A stretch of DNA of 64,000 nt from Macrostomum lignano. Lineage: Eukaryota. Shown piece by piece: positions 42,173-55,122 of this stretch. Position 1 is the stretch's first letter, and each line of letters starts with the position of its first letter. The position numbers and the translations under genes were made by a program. The stretch is taken from positions 1 through 64,000 of the forward strand of contig NIVC01001441.1 in NCBI GenBank assembly GCA_002269645.1. Reading direction: 5' to 3'. A model generated the notes under the pieces. That model saw nothing but the letters and a program-made list of their open reading frames with translations. It was not told the DNA's origin and ran no database searches.

Positions 42173-45100
42173 TCAGTTTGATTTGTCAGAATCTCCGCAG
42201 TGCTCCGCCGACCAGAGCTGCAATTGAATTGAAGAATCTCTTCGGTGTTTGTGGATATTTTTTATCGAGTTGGGAATTACATTGGGAAATTCCCCAGTCA
42301 CTAACCGTGATGTTATCCCTGAGCAGCTGCATGAGGAGGCTGGCGTCTTTGTACGACTCGTCCGAAGGCAGCTTGTCCAGCTCCTGGATCGCTGCAGAAT
42401 AAGCCTTGGGAGATCGGTGGGCCAGGTATTTATAGACTTGTGAGTGCCCGCTGTGTCACAGCTGTCTGTTGAGTCACTGTGTCAGATAGCTCATGTCTGT
42501 TGAGTCAGTGTGTCACAGCTGTCTGTTGAGTCAGTGTGTCAGATAGCTGATGTCTGTTGAGTCAGTGTGTCATAGCTCATGTCTGTTGAGTCACTGTGTC
42601 ATAGCTCATGTCTGTTGAGTCAGTGTGTCAGATAGCTCATGTCTGTTGAGTCAGTGTGTCAGATAGCTCATGTCTGTTGAGTCAGTGTGTCAGATAGCTC
42701 ATGTCTGTTGAGTCAGTGTGTCAGATAGCTCATGTCTGTTGAGTCAGTGTGTCAGATAGCTCATGTCTGTTGAGTCAGTGTGTCAGATAGCTCATGTCTG
42801 TTGAGTCAGTGTGTCAGATAGCTCATGTCTGTTGAGTCAGTGTGTCAGATAGCTCATGTCTGTTGAGTCAGTGTGTCAGATAGCTCATGTCTGTTGAGTC
42901 AGTGTGTCAGATAGCTCATGTCTGTTGAGTCAGTGTGTCAGATAGCTCATGTCTGTTGAGTCAGTGTGTCAGATAGCTCATGTCTGTTGAGTCAGTGTGT
43001 CACATAGCTCATGTCTGTTGAGTCAGTGTGTCACATAGCTCATGTCTGTTGAGTCACTGTGTCAGATAGCTCATGTCTGTTGAGTCAGTGTGTCAGATAG
43101 CTCATGTCTGTTGAGTCAGTGTGTCACAATGCTCATGTCTGTTGAGTCACTGTGTCAGATAGCTCATGTCTGTTGAGTCAGTGTGTCAGATAGCTCATGT
43201 CTGTTGAGTCACTGTGTCAGATAGCTCATGTCTGTTGAGTCAGTGTGTCAGATAGCTGATGTCTGCTGAGTCACTTTGTCAGATAGCTCATGTCTGTTGA
43301 GTCACTGTGTCACAAAGCTGATGTCTGTTGAGTCACTGTGTCAGATAGCTGATGTCTGTTGAGTCAGTGTGTCAGATAGCTCATGTCTGTTGAGTCAGTG
43401 TGTCAGATAGCTCATGTCTGTTGAGTCACTGTGTCAGATAGCTCATGTCTGTTGAGTCAGTGTGTCAGATAGCTCATGTCTGTTGAGTCAGTGTGTCAGA
43501 TAGCTCATGTCTGTTGAGTCAGTGTGTCAGATAGCTGATGTCTGTTGAGTCAGTGTGTCAGATAGCTCATGTCTGTTGAGTCACTGTGTCAGATAGCTCA
43601 TGTCTGTTGAGTCAGTGTGTCAGATAGCTCATGTCTGTTGAGTCAGTGTGTCAGATAGCTCATGTCTGTTGAGTCAGTGTGTCAGATAGCTCATGTCTGT
43701 TGAGTCACTGTGTCAGATAGCTCATGTCTGTTGAGTCAGTGTGTCAGATAGCTCATGTCTGTTGAGTCAGTGTGTCACAATGCTCATGTCTGTTGAGTCA
43801 CTGTGTCAGATAGCTCATGTCTGTTGAGTCAGTGTGTCAGATAGCTCATGTCTGTTGAGTCACTGTGTCAGATAGCTCATGTCTGTTGAGTCAGTGTGTC
43901 AGATAGCTGATGTCTGCTGAGTCACTTTGTCAGATAGCTCATGTCTGTTGAGTCACTGTGTCACAAAGCTGATGTCTGTTGAGTCACTGTGTCAGATAGC
44001 TGATGTCTGTTGAGTCAGTGTGTCAGATAGCTCATGTCTGTTGAGTCAGTGTGTCAGATAGCTCATGTCTGTTGAGTCACTGTGTCAGATAGCTCATGTC
44101 TGTTGAGTCACTGTGTCAGATAGCTGATGTCTGTTGAGTCAGTGTGTCAGATAGCTCATGTCTGTTGAGTCAGTGTGTCACAAAGCTCATGTCTGTTGAG
44201 TCAGTGTGTCAGATAGTTCATGTCTGTTGAGTCAGTGTGTCAGATAGCTGATGTCTGCTGAGTCACTTTGTCAGATAGCTCATGTCTGTTGAGTCACTGT
44301 GTGACAAAGCTGATGTCTGTTGAGTCACTGTGTCAGATAGCTGATGTCTGTTGAGTCAGTGTGTCAGATAGCTGATGTCTGTTTAGTCAGTGTGTCAGAT
44401 AGCTCATGTCTGTTGAGTCAGTGTGTCAGATAGCTGATGTCTGTTGAGTCAGTGTGTCACATAGCTGATGTCTGTTGAGTCAGTGTGTCAGATAGCTCAT
44501 GTCTGTTGAGTCAGTGTGTCAGATAGCTCATGTCTGTTGAGTCAGTGTGTCAGATAGCTCATGTCTGTTGAGTCAGTGTGTCAGATAGCTCATGTCTGTT
44601 GAGTCAGTGTGTCACAATGCTCATGTCTGTTGAGTCAGTGTGTCAGATAGCTCATGTCTGTTGATTCAGTGTGTCACAAAGCTCATGTCTGTTGAGTCAG
44701 TGTGTCACAATGCTCATGTCTGTTGAGTCAGTGTGTCAGATAGCTCATGTCTGTTGATTCAGTGTGTCACAAAGCTCATGTCTGTTGAGTCAGTGTGTCA
44801 GATAGCTCATGTCTGTTGAGTCAGTGTGTCAGATAGCTCATGTCTGTTGAGTCAGTGTGTCAGATAGCTCATGTCTGTTGAGTCACTGTGTCAGATAGCT
44901 CATGTCTGTTGAGTCAGTGTGTCAGATAGCTGATGTCTGCTGAGTCACTTTGTCAGATAGCTCATGTCTGTTGAGTCACTGTGTCACAAAGCTGATGTCT
45001 GTTGAGTCACTGTGTCAGATAGCTGAAGTCTGTTGAGTCAGTGTGTCAGATAGCTGATGTCTGTTGAGTCAGTGTGTCAGATAGCTCATGTCTGTTGAGT

Positions 45101-48100
45101 CACTGTGTCAGATAGCTCATGTCTGTTGAGTCACTGTGTCAGATAGCTCATGTCTGTTGAGTCAGTGTGTCAGATAGCTCATGTCTGTTGAGTCAGTGTG
45201 TCACAAAGCTCATGTCTGTTGAGTCAGTGTGTCAGATAGCTCATGTCTGTTGAGTCAGTGTGTCAGATAGCTGATGTCTGCTGAGTCACTTGTCAGATAG
45301 CTCATGTCTGTTGAGTCACTGTGTCACAAAGCTGATGTCTGTTGAGTCACTGTGTCAGATAGCTGATGTCTGTTGATTCAGTGTGTCACAAAGCTGATGT
45401 CTGTTGAGTCAGTGTGTCAGATAGCTCATGTCTGTTGAGTCAGTGTGTCAGATAGCTCATGTCTGTTGAGTCAGTGTGTCACATAGCTGATGTCTGTTGA
45501 GTCAGTGTGTCAGATAGCTCATGTCGTTGAGTCAGTGTGTCAGATAGCTCATGTCTGTTGAGTCAGTGTGTCAGATAGCTCATGTCTGTTGAGTCAGTGT
45601 GTCACAAAGCTCATGTCTGTTGAGTCAGTGTGTCACATAGCTCATGTCTGTTGAGTCAGTGTGTCAGATAGCTCATGTCTGTTGAGTCACTGTGTCAGAT
45701 AGCTCATGTCTGTTGAGTCAGTGTGTCAGATAGCTGATGTCTGTTGAGTCACTTTGTCAGATAGCTCATGTCTGTTGAGTCACTGTGTCACAAAGCTGAT
45801 GTCTGTTGAGTCACTGTGTCAGATAGCTGAAGTCTGTTGAGTCAGTGTGTCAGATAGCTGATGTCTGTTGAGTCAGTGTGTCAGATAGCTCATGTCTGTT
45901 GAGTCACTGTGTCAGATAGCTCATGTCTGTTGAGTCACTGTGTCAGATAGCTCATGTCTGTTGAGTCAGTGTGTCAGATAGCTCATGTCTGTTGAGTCAG
46001 TGTGTCAGATAGCTGATGTCTGCTGAGTCACTTTGTCAGATAGCTCATGTCTGTTGAGTCACTGTGTCACAAAGCTGATGTCTGTTGAGTCACTGTGTCA
46101 GATAGCTGATGTCTGTTGAGTCAGTGTGTCACAAAGCTCATGTCTGTTGAGTCAGTGTGTCAGATAGCTCATGTCTGTTGAGTCACTGTGTCAGATAGCT
46201 CATGTCTGTTGAGTCAGTGTGTCAGATAGCTGATGTCTGTTGAGTCAGTGTGTCAGATAGCTCATGTCTGTTGAGTCAGTGTGTCAGATAGCTCATGTCT
46301 GTTGAGTCAGTGTGTCAGATAGCTCATGTCTGTTGAGTCAGTGTGTCAGATAGCTCATGTCTGTTGAGTCAGTGTGTCACAATAGCTCATGTCTGTTGAG
46401 TCAGTGTGTCACAATGCTCATGTCTGTTGAGTCAGTGTGTCAGATAGCTCATGTCTGTTGATTCAGTGTGTCACAAAGCTCATGTCTGTTGAGTCAGTGT
46501 GTCACAATGCTCATGTCTGTTGAGTCAGTGTGTCAGATAGCTCATGTCTGTTGAGTCAGTGTGTCACAAAGCTCATGTCTGTTGAGTCAGTGTGTCAGAT
46601 AGCTCATGTCTGTTGAGTCACTGTGTCAGATAGCTCATGTCTGTTGAGTCAGTGTGTCAGATAGCTCATGTCTGTTGAGTCAGTGTGTCAGATAGCTCAT
46701 GTCTGTTGAGTCAGTGTGTCAGATAGCTGATGTCTGTTGAGTCAGTGTGTCAGATAGCTCATGTCTGTTGAGTCAGTGTGTCAGATAGCTCATGTCTGTT
46801 GAGTCAGTGTGTCACAATGCTCATGTCTGTTGAGTCAGTGTGTCAGATAGCTGATGTCTGCTGAGTCACTTTGTCAGATAGCTCATGTCTGTTGAGTCAC
46901 TGTGTCACAAAGCTGATGTCTGTTGAGTCACTGTGTCAGATAGCTGAGTCTGTTGAGTCAGTGTGTCAGATAGCTCATGTCTGTTGAGTCAGTGTGTCAG
47001 ATAGCTCATGTCTGTTGAGTCAGTGTGTCAGATAGCTCATGTCTGTTGAGTCACTGTGTCAGATAGCTCATGTCTGTTGAGTCAGTGTGTCAGATAGCTC
47101 ATGTCTGTTGAGTCACTGTGTCAGATAGCTCATGTCTGTTGAGTCAGTGTGTCAGATAGCTGATGTCTGCTGAGTCACTTTGTCAGATAGCTCATGTCTG
47201 TTGAGTCACTGTGTCACAAAGCTGATGTCTGTTGAGTCACTGTGTCAGATAGCTGATGTCTGTTGAGTCAGTGTGTCAGATAGCTCATGTCTGTTGAGTC
47301 AGTGTGTCAGATAGCTGATGTCTGTTGAGTCAGTGTGTCAGATAGCTCATGTCTGTTGAGTCAGTGTGTCAGATAGCTCATGTCTGTTGAGTCAGTGTGT
47401 CAGATAGCTCATGTCTGTTGAGTCAGTGTGTCACAAAGCTCATGTCTGTTGAGTCAGTGTGTCAGATAGTTCATGTCTGTTGAGTCAGTGTGTCAGATAG
47501 CTGATGTCTGTTGAGTCAGTGTGTCAGATAGCTCATGTCTGTTGAGTCACTGTGTCAGATAGCTGATGTCTGTTGAGTCACTGTGTCAGATAGCTGATGT
47601 CTGTTGAGTCAGTGTGTCAGATAGCTGATGTCTGTTGAGTCAGTGTGTCAGATAGCTCATGTCTGTTGAGTCAGTGTGTCAGATAGCTGATGTCTGTTGA
47701 GTCAGTGTGTCACATAGCTGATGTCTGTTGAGTCAGTGTGTCAGATAGCTCATGTCTGTTGAGTCAGTGTGTCAGATAGCTCATGTCTGTTGAGTCAGTG
47801 TGTCAGATAGCTCATGTCTGTTGAGTCAGTGTGTCAGATAGCTCATGTCTGTTGAGTCAGTGTGTCACAATAGCTCATGTCTGTTGAGTCAGTGTGTCAG
47901 ATAGCTCATGTCTGTTGAGTCAGTGTGTCACAGATAGCTCATGTCTGTTGAGTCAGTGTGTCACAATGCTCATGTCTGTTGAGTCAGTGTGTCAGATAGC
48001 TCATGTCTGTTGAGTCAGTGTGTCACAAAGCTCATGTCTGTTGAGTCAGTGTGTCAGATAGCTCATGTCTGTTGAGTCAGTGTGTCAGATAGCTCATGTC

Positions 48101-51100
48101 TGTTGAGTCAGTGTGTCAGATAGCTCATGTCTGTTGAGTCACTGTGTCAGATAGCTCATGTCTGTTGAGTCAGTGTGTCAGATAGCTGATGTCTGCTGAG
48201 TCACTTTGTCAGATAGCTCATGTCTGTTGAGTCACTGTGTCACAAAGCTGATGTCTGTTGAGTCACTGTGTCAGATAGCTGAAGTCTGTTGAGTCAGTGT
48301 GTCAGATAGCTGATGTCTGTTGAGTCAGTGTGTCAGATAGCTCATGTCTGTTGAGTCACTGTGTCAGATAGCTCATGTCTGTTGAGTCACTGTGTCAGAT
48401 AGCTCATGTCTGTTGAGTCAGTGTGTCAGATAGCTCATGTCTGTTGAGTCAGTGTGTCACAAAGCTCATGTCTGTTGAGTCAGTGTGTCAGATAGCTCAT
48501 GTCTGTTGAGTCAGTGTGTCAGATAGCTGATGTCTGCTGAGTCACTTTGTCAGATAGCTCATGTCTGTTGAGTCACTGTGTCACAAAGCTGATGTCTGTT
48601 GAGTCACTGTGTCAGATAGCTGATGTCTGTTGATTCAGTGTGTCACAAAGCTGATGTCTGTTGAGTCAGTGTGTCAGATAGCTCATGTCTGTTGAGTCAG
48701 TGTGTCAGATAGCTCATGTCTGTTGAGTCAGTGTGTCACATAGCTGATGTCTGTTGAGTCAGTGTGTCAGATAGCTCATGTCTGTTGAGTCAGTGTGTCA
48801 GATAGCTCATGTCTGTTGAGTCAGTGTGTCAGATAGCTCATGTCTGTTGAGTCAGTGTGTCACAATAGCTCATGTCTGTTGAGTCAGTGTGTCACATAGC
48901 TCATGTCTGTTGAGTCAGTGTGTCAGATAGCTCATGTCTGTTGAGTCACTGTGTCAGATAGCTCATGTCTGTTGAGTCAGTGTGTCAGATAGCTGATGTC
49001 TGCTGAGTCACTTTGTCAGATAGCTCATGTCTGTTGAGTCACTGTGTCACAAAGCTGATGTCTGTTGAGTCACTGTGTCAGATAGCTGAAGTCTGTTGAG
49101 TCAGTGTGTCAGATAGCTGATGTCTGTTGAGTCAGTGTGTCAGATAGCTCATGTCTGTTGAGTCACTGTGTCAGATAGCTCATGTCTGTTGAGTCACTGT
49201 GTCAGATAGCTCATGTCTGTTGAGTCAGTGTGTCAGATAGCTCATGTCTGTTGAGTCAGTGTGTCAGATAGCTGATGTCTGCTGAGTCACTTTGTCAGAT
49301 AGCTCATGTCTGTTGAGTCACTGTGTCACAAAGCTGATGTCTGTTGAGTCACTGTGTCAGATAGCTGATGTCTGTTGATTCAGTGTGTCACAAAGCTCAT
49401 GTCTGTTGAGTCAGTGTGTCAGATAGCTCATGTCTGTTGAGTCACTGTGTCAGATAGCTCATGTCTGTTGAGTCAGTGTGTCAGATAGCTGATGTCTGTT
49501 GAGTCAGTGTGTCAGATAGCTCATGTCTGTTGAGTCAGTGTGTCAGATAGCTCATGTCTGTTGAGTCAGTGTGTCAGATAGCTCATGTCTGTTGAGTCAG
49601 TGTGTCAGATAGCTCATGTCTGTTGAGTCAGTGTGTCACAATGCTCATGTCTGTTGAGTCAGTGTGTCACAATGCTCATGTCTGTTGAGTCAGTGTGTCA
49701 GATAGCTCATGTCTGTTGATTCAGTGTGTCACAAAGCTCATGTCTGTTGAGTCAGTGTGTCACAATGCTCATGTCTGTTGAGTCAGTGTGTCAGATAGCT
49801 CATGTCTGTTGATTCAGTGTGTCACAAAGCTCATGTCTGTTGAGTCAGTGTGTCAGATAGCTCATGTCTGTTGAGTCACTGTGTCAGATAGCTCATGTCT
49901 GTTGAGTCAGTGTGTCAGATAGCTCATGTCTGTTGAGTCAGTGTGTCAGATAGCTCATGTCTGTTGAGTCAGTGTGTCAGATAGCTGATGTCTGTTGAGT
50001 CAGTGTGTCAGATAGCTCATGTCTGTTGAGTCAGTGTGTCAGATAGCTCATGTCTGTTGAGTCAGTGTGTCACAATGCTCATGTCTGTTGAGTCAGTGTG
50101 TCAGATAGCTGATGTCTGCTGAGTCACTTTGTCAGATAGCTCATGTCTGTTGAGTCACTGTGTCACAAAGCTGATGTCTGTTGAGTCACTGTGTCAGATA
50201 GCTGAAGTCTGTTGAGTCAGTGTGTCAGATAGCTCATGTCTGTTGAGTCAGTGTGTCAGATAGCTCATGTCTGTTGAGTCAGTGTGTCAGATAGCTCATG
50301 TCTGTTGAGTCAGTGTGTCAGATAGCTCATGTCTGTTGAGTCAGTGTGTCAGATAGCTCATGTCTGTTGAGTCAGTGTGTCAGATAGCTCATGTCTGTTG
50401 AGTCAGTGTGTCAGATAGCTCATGTCTGTTGAGTCAGTGTGTCAGATAGCTCATGTCTGTTGAGTCAGTGTGTCAGATAGCTGTACTTTATTCAATGTGT
50501 CAGATGACTCGGGCCTGCACTCTCTTTTAGTCATACATGTATTTGTCAGAAAGCGTGTTTGCATTCGCGCTCATTGAGTAGACTGTACATGTACAGCAGT
50601 CGAGCTCACCGCCTTAGCCAGCGAGATGGCAGCGGAGGACTCATTCTTGATCTCCTGGAGGAAGACGCTGTAGTTGAGCGCCAGGCCCAGCCGGATCGGG
50701 TGAGTGCAGGCCAGCTTCTCTTCCGCTGACTTGCTGGCGAAGCTGTAGGTCCGGTCGGCGTTCTCGATGATCACTCCGCGATCGTTGCCAATTGAAGTCT
50801 CGGCCAGGTAGCGGTAATAGTCGCCCTTCATCTTGTAGTAGAAAATTATCGACTCGTCACTGCGAGCATTTTTCAGCAGATGGTCGTCCAGAAGATTCTG
50901 GAAACGTTGAGATTTTGAAAACTCAAATTCACGCACTCGCACACACGCTCACACGGGGTGTACAGCGTCCTTGACTTTCTAATCGTCAGGTATGTACATT
51001 CTCTGTGCCTTGGGGTTGGCTTTCATGGGTTTGGGTTTCACGAAAAATACCGATACGACACTCAACCAATCTGCCACCTTGAAACCAATCTAAACATGTT

Positions 51101-51995
51101 AACACCCACCCAGGCGTACCCGACAACCATCCAGACAATTCGACAAACATCCAGACAATTCGACAAACATCCAGACAATTCGACAACCATCCAGACAATT
51201 CGACAACCATCCAGACAACGGCAAACAACCATCCAGACAATCCGACAACCATCCAGACAACCCGACAAACATCCAGACAACCCGACAAACATCCAGACAA
51301 TTCGACAACCATCCAGACAATTCGACAACCATCCAGACAACCCGACAAACATCCAGACAACCCGACAACCATCCAGACAACCATCCAGACAACCCGACAA
51401 ACATCCAGACAACCCGACAACCATCCAGACAACCATCCAGACAACCCGACAAACATCCAGACAACCCGACAAACATCCAGACAACCCGACAAACATCCAG
51501 ACAACGGCAAACAACCATCCAGACAACCCGACACCCATTATAAGACCTTAATGCACATTAAGCTACCCTAGCCCTACCCTACCCCAGTTTAACTGCTAAG
51601 ATTATTTCCAAGGTTCTTCGCCAAAATGCATGAAATGAACCAACCTGAACTTCGGTGCAGATCTTCTGCAGTTCGCTCTCAATCTGCTGCCGAAACTCCT
51701 TGATGTTGGCGCGCTTCCTGTCGTTTGTGTCGTTCATTTTCACTTCAATTCCGGCGATCAACCGCCAGGAAATTCTACGAGGGCTAATAAAATTCTTATA
51801 AGCTACTGACAGTAGATTCCGCTCCTCCACGCCCAGTTCGCGCCCCTTCTCGGCTACCGACTTCATCGCCGATGCCATGTCTTCGTACCGTTCGGCCTGC
51901 TCGGCCAGCCTGGCTAAGTGGACGAGCTCCTCGCGTGGCGCGGGACTGGAGTTGGCGAACCAATCGATAACCATGGATTCGTTAGTAGAGAGCAT
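42173..51995 (-). CDS. 14-3-3: Divergent 14-3-3 protein, 260 aa
   Basis: Exons 51995-51645, 50897-50610, 42404-42306 and 42217-42173, all phase 0. Motifs: [70 protein letters not shown]|LW. Confidence 0.95.
42445..50482. repeat. 8-kb 31-bp satellite array (~260 monomers) in a 14-3-3 intron
   Basis: Unit GTCA(G/C)TGTGTCAGATAGCT(C/G)ATGTCTGTTGA. Confidence 0.99.
51120..51530. repeat. ~20-bp minisatellite in 14-3-3 intron 1
   Basis: Unit ACCCGACAA(A/C)CATCCAGACA. Confidence 0.93.
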
Positions 51996-52401
51996 TGCCG
52001 ACTCGGGTTGGTTGATTGATTGATTGATTCTCTTTGTAAACGAAACTTTTCAAGCGATAATCGTTTGACTTTGTCTTTATGTTTCTTCTTTGCTCGCTTT
52101 AAACTTGCAGACCAGAGAATATATTTACCATTTAGTGCGTGGTTAAACCAAACATCACATACACACAAGATGGGCCACTCGTGTGGCCATAGAAGCTAAT
52201 GTGAAAAATTTTGCAACTCGTTCCAGTGCGAAAATCAACTACTGAACTCATTTTCGTCAGTAGTCTCTGCAGTGCATGCATCATTCTTAGTTTGATTGAT
52301 TGGTTGATTAGACGCACGTAGCATTTTTTCCTTGCATGGACTCGCATCTACCGCGACTGTGACGATTTATCCGGCAGACTCGAAAATGACTAACGAAGAC
52401 A

Positions 52402-52813
52402 AACACGGCAGAGGCAAATTTTGTTGCGGTAGCACTACAGTGGCACTGTAGATGATAGTAACGACTGATGCGGGCAATGGCCGTAGTCTTTATTTATTGT
52501 AACCGTATGAGAGGATAGTTAGGCTTGACTATTATCAATTCTGTCTGGGTGGTCAACAGAGATAGGTCAGAATACTTGCTGAATCCGTAGGAAATGCACT
52601 GGGCGGCTACGCAACAATAAGAAGATGGTAGACGATAGAATGAGTCGATGAGCCTGAGGCAATGGTGACGATGTGATGGTGGTGAACGTGTGGTGGCGGT
52701 GCTCGTAGCGAGAGCTCGTACAGACAGTAGAGGTGGCGTGACTGAGATTTGGCAGAGGCGTGGTTTAGAACCGTGGCGGAGCGAGGCGGAGAGAGAAGGC
52801 AAGCAAACAATGA
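52402..52813 (+). repeat. Dispersed repeat copy A, left part (continues at 55482-55586 after the Harbinger insertion)
   Basis: Colinear with 60399-60881. Confidence 0.9.
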
Positions 52814-53153
52814 GGGCCCGTTCTATAAAGCTTGCGTATCCTTAAGTTCAAACTTACGTTCGCGCCGTGTCGTAAAATGTTCGGTGAAACAATCGTATCT
52901 TAAGACCGTTCTTAGATTTAAGAAGCGTAAGCGTAAATTTGCGTTCGGTGAAACTTTCGTAAGTCACTTCGGCTTCTTAAGTTCCGCCGTAAATCTAAGA
53001 CAGGTCGGAACTGTCGTAAGTCACTCTTTAGTTGTGAAAATTCGCATTTTACTGTATATTTGAGTAAGTTTAAAGACTGAAAAAATCAAACAATAATGAA
53101 AATTGTTAATTTAAAGTTTGAGTAGCAATAAACACAAATTTTGCTTAAGTGAG

Positions 53154-53991
53154 TCACGGTGGGAGTAGCTCCATGATCCGCTGCCTTTCTGCTCGACCAG
53201 CAGCGGTGTCTTCAGCCAGTGCGGCTTCATTTTCAGCAGTAGCTTCCATGGCTAGCAGCTGATGCTCATGTGGTGGAAGTGGAATGGCTCTGGCCACGGC
53301 GAAATTGTGGAGCACGCAGCATGCAACAATGATGTTGCACACTTTACTGGGATTAAATTGTAAAGCTCCTCCGCTGTGATCGAGGCATCGAAATCTCGCT
53401 TTCAAAACACCAAAAGCCCTCTCGATTGTTACGCGCGTTTTGCTTAATCGCCGGTTGAAATTTTGCTCGGAATTTTTTTGTGGATCCCTAAATGGCGTCA
53501 TCAGAAATGGTCGGAGTGGGTAGCCCGCATCTCCAACCAAGAAGCCAGCGACCTTCCATTCGCGAGGAGATCTTTCAGTGCAGATTGTTGAAAAATGAAG
53601 AGTCGTGGCTACTTCCAGGCGAACGTGCGACAACGTTTGTAAATGCGAGATTGGCACTACATACGGCCTGAACATTAATCGAGTGAAATCCTTTTCGATT
53701 AATGAAGATTCCACCGTCATCGGTAGGGCACGGATGCGGATGTGCGTGCAGTCTATGGCTCCGAGCACCTGAGGCACTCCGGCAATTTCAAAAAATGCAC
53801 GTGCTGATGCTGCTGCTGCTTGCTGATTGCTTGGAAACGAAACGCAAATGGGTGCCATGTCCCGAAGCAGCAGGCAAACTTCAGTCACAACTCCGGACAC
53901 CGTGACCAGCTACAGTTGAAAACGTCCCTAATGACTTTGAGAAAGCTGCCTGTTGCAAAAATCGGAGGCAAGGCAAACCTGCAGTTCGACG
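53154..53991 (-). pseudogene. Harbinger DDE transposase (frameshifted as assembled; 5' end in the gap)
   Basis: GAIDCTHIRI, LVGDAGYPLRPFLMTPF, FNRRLSKTRVTIERAFGVLKARFRCL, IIVACCVLHNFA; an upstream LRF.ATGSF-like segment is recoverable only with a frameshift. Confidence 0.92.
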
Positions 53992-54507
53992 NNNNNNNNN
54001 NNNNNNNNNNNNNNNNNNNNNNNNNNNNNNNNNNNNNNNNNNNNNNNNNNNNNNNNNNNNNNNNNNNNNNNNNNNNNNNNNNNNNNNNNNNNNNNNNNNN
54101 NNNNNNNNNNNNNNNNNNNNNNNNNNNNNNNNNNNNNNNNNNNNNNNNNNNNNNNNNNNNNNNNNNNNNNNNNNNNNNNNNNNNNNNNNNNNNNNNNNNN
54201 NNNNNNNNNNNNNNNNNNNNNNNNNNNNNNNNNNNNNNNNNNNNNNNNNNNNNNNNNNNNNNNNNNNNNNNNNNNNNNNNNNNNNNNNNNNNNNNNNNNN
54301 NNNNNNNNNNNNNNNNNNNNNNNNNNNNNNNNNNNNNNNNNNNNNNNNNNNNNNNNNNNNNNNNNNNNNNNNNNNNNNNNNNNNNNNNNNNNNNNNNNNN
54401 NNNNNNNNNNNNNNNNNNNNNNNNNNNNNNNNNNNNNNNNNNNNNNNNNNNNNNNNNNNNNNNNNNNNNNNNNNNNNNNNNNNNNNNNNNNNNNNNNNNN
54501 NNNNNNN
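53992..54507. other. Assembly gap (516 N)
   Basis: Run of N. Confidence 1.
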
Positions 54508-55122
54508 CAAGGACGATCTGGAGAGAACTGCCGAAAGCGGTGGTCCGACTTCAAGAGTCAACTGAAGAACAAAGTAGCCAGCATCCGCAAGGACAAGCTA
54601 AGACAGGAGGCGGTCCATCGCAGGCCCCACAGCTGTCGAGTTTAGAGGAGAAGGCGGCGCAGTCCATCCGAAAACAGGTCGTGGAAGGCGTGCCACGTGG
54701 TGTTGACACCTGGCAGCTGCCTAAATCCAATAGTGCAGCATCCAGCTCGGCGGCCAAGTACATTGATATCGCAAGTGCGCCTGCTGAAGAATTTTCCGAA
54801 GCTGTTGGCAGAAGCGCATCGCCTGAGTACGAGACAGCTGACGACGAAAAAAGTAAGAGTCTGTTGCTACGAGCTAACCCCGCTGCCAAGAACACGAAGC
54901 GTCAGCCGAAAGAAGCAAACTTGGGCTGATCGAAAGCTTAGAAATAAAACGTCTTCGGGTGAGGAAGCTCGATTGGAAGTTCAAAACGACAGATTGTTTG
55001 TCGAGAGAGAGAGGCTGAAGATCGAGACGGAACGTCTACGCGTTGAGCAGGAAAGACTGACGATAGAAAAGAAAAATCGAGGCATTGAGAGCAGTCAACA
55101 GCTTAATTTTAATGACATGTGA
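54508..55122 (+). pseudogene. Harbinger Myb/SANT-like DNA-binding protein (frameshifted; 5' end in the gap)
   Basis: RSGENCRKRWSDFKSQLKNKVASIRKD, then in another frame AKTGGGP...LSSLEEK...VEGVPRGVDT, then a coiled-coil ERERLKIETERLRVEQERL in the third frame. Confidence 0.85.

Noticed and set aside
42445-50482. CRISPR-like regular periodicity
   Set aside because: Head-to-tail monomers with no unique spacers, no cas genes, eukaryotic intron context; the same applies to the other arrays.
53820-54929. ORFs of 208-369 aa spanning the N run
   Set aside because: Artefacts of translating through the gap; only the flanking Harbinger segments are interpretable.
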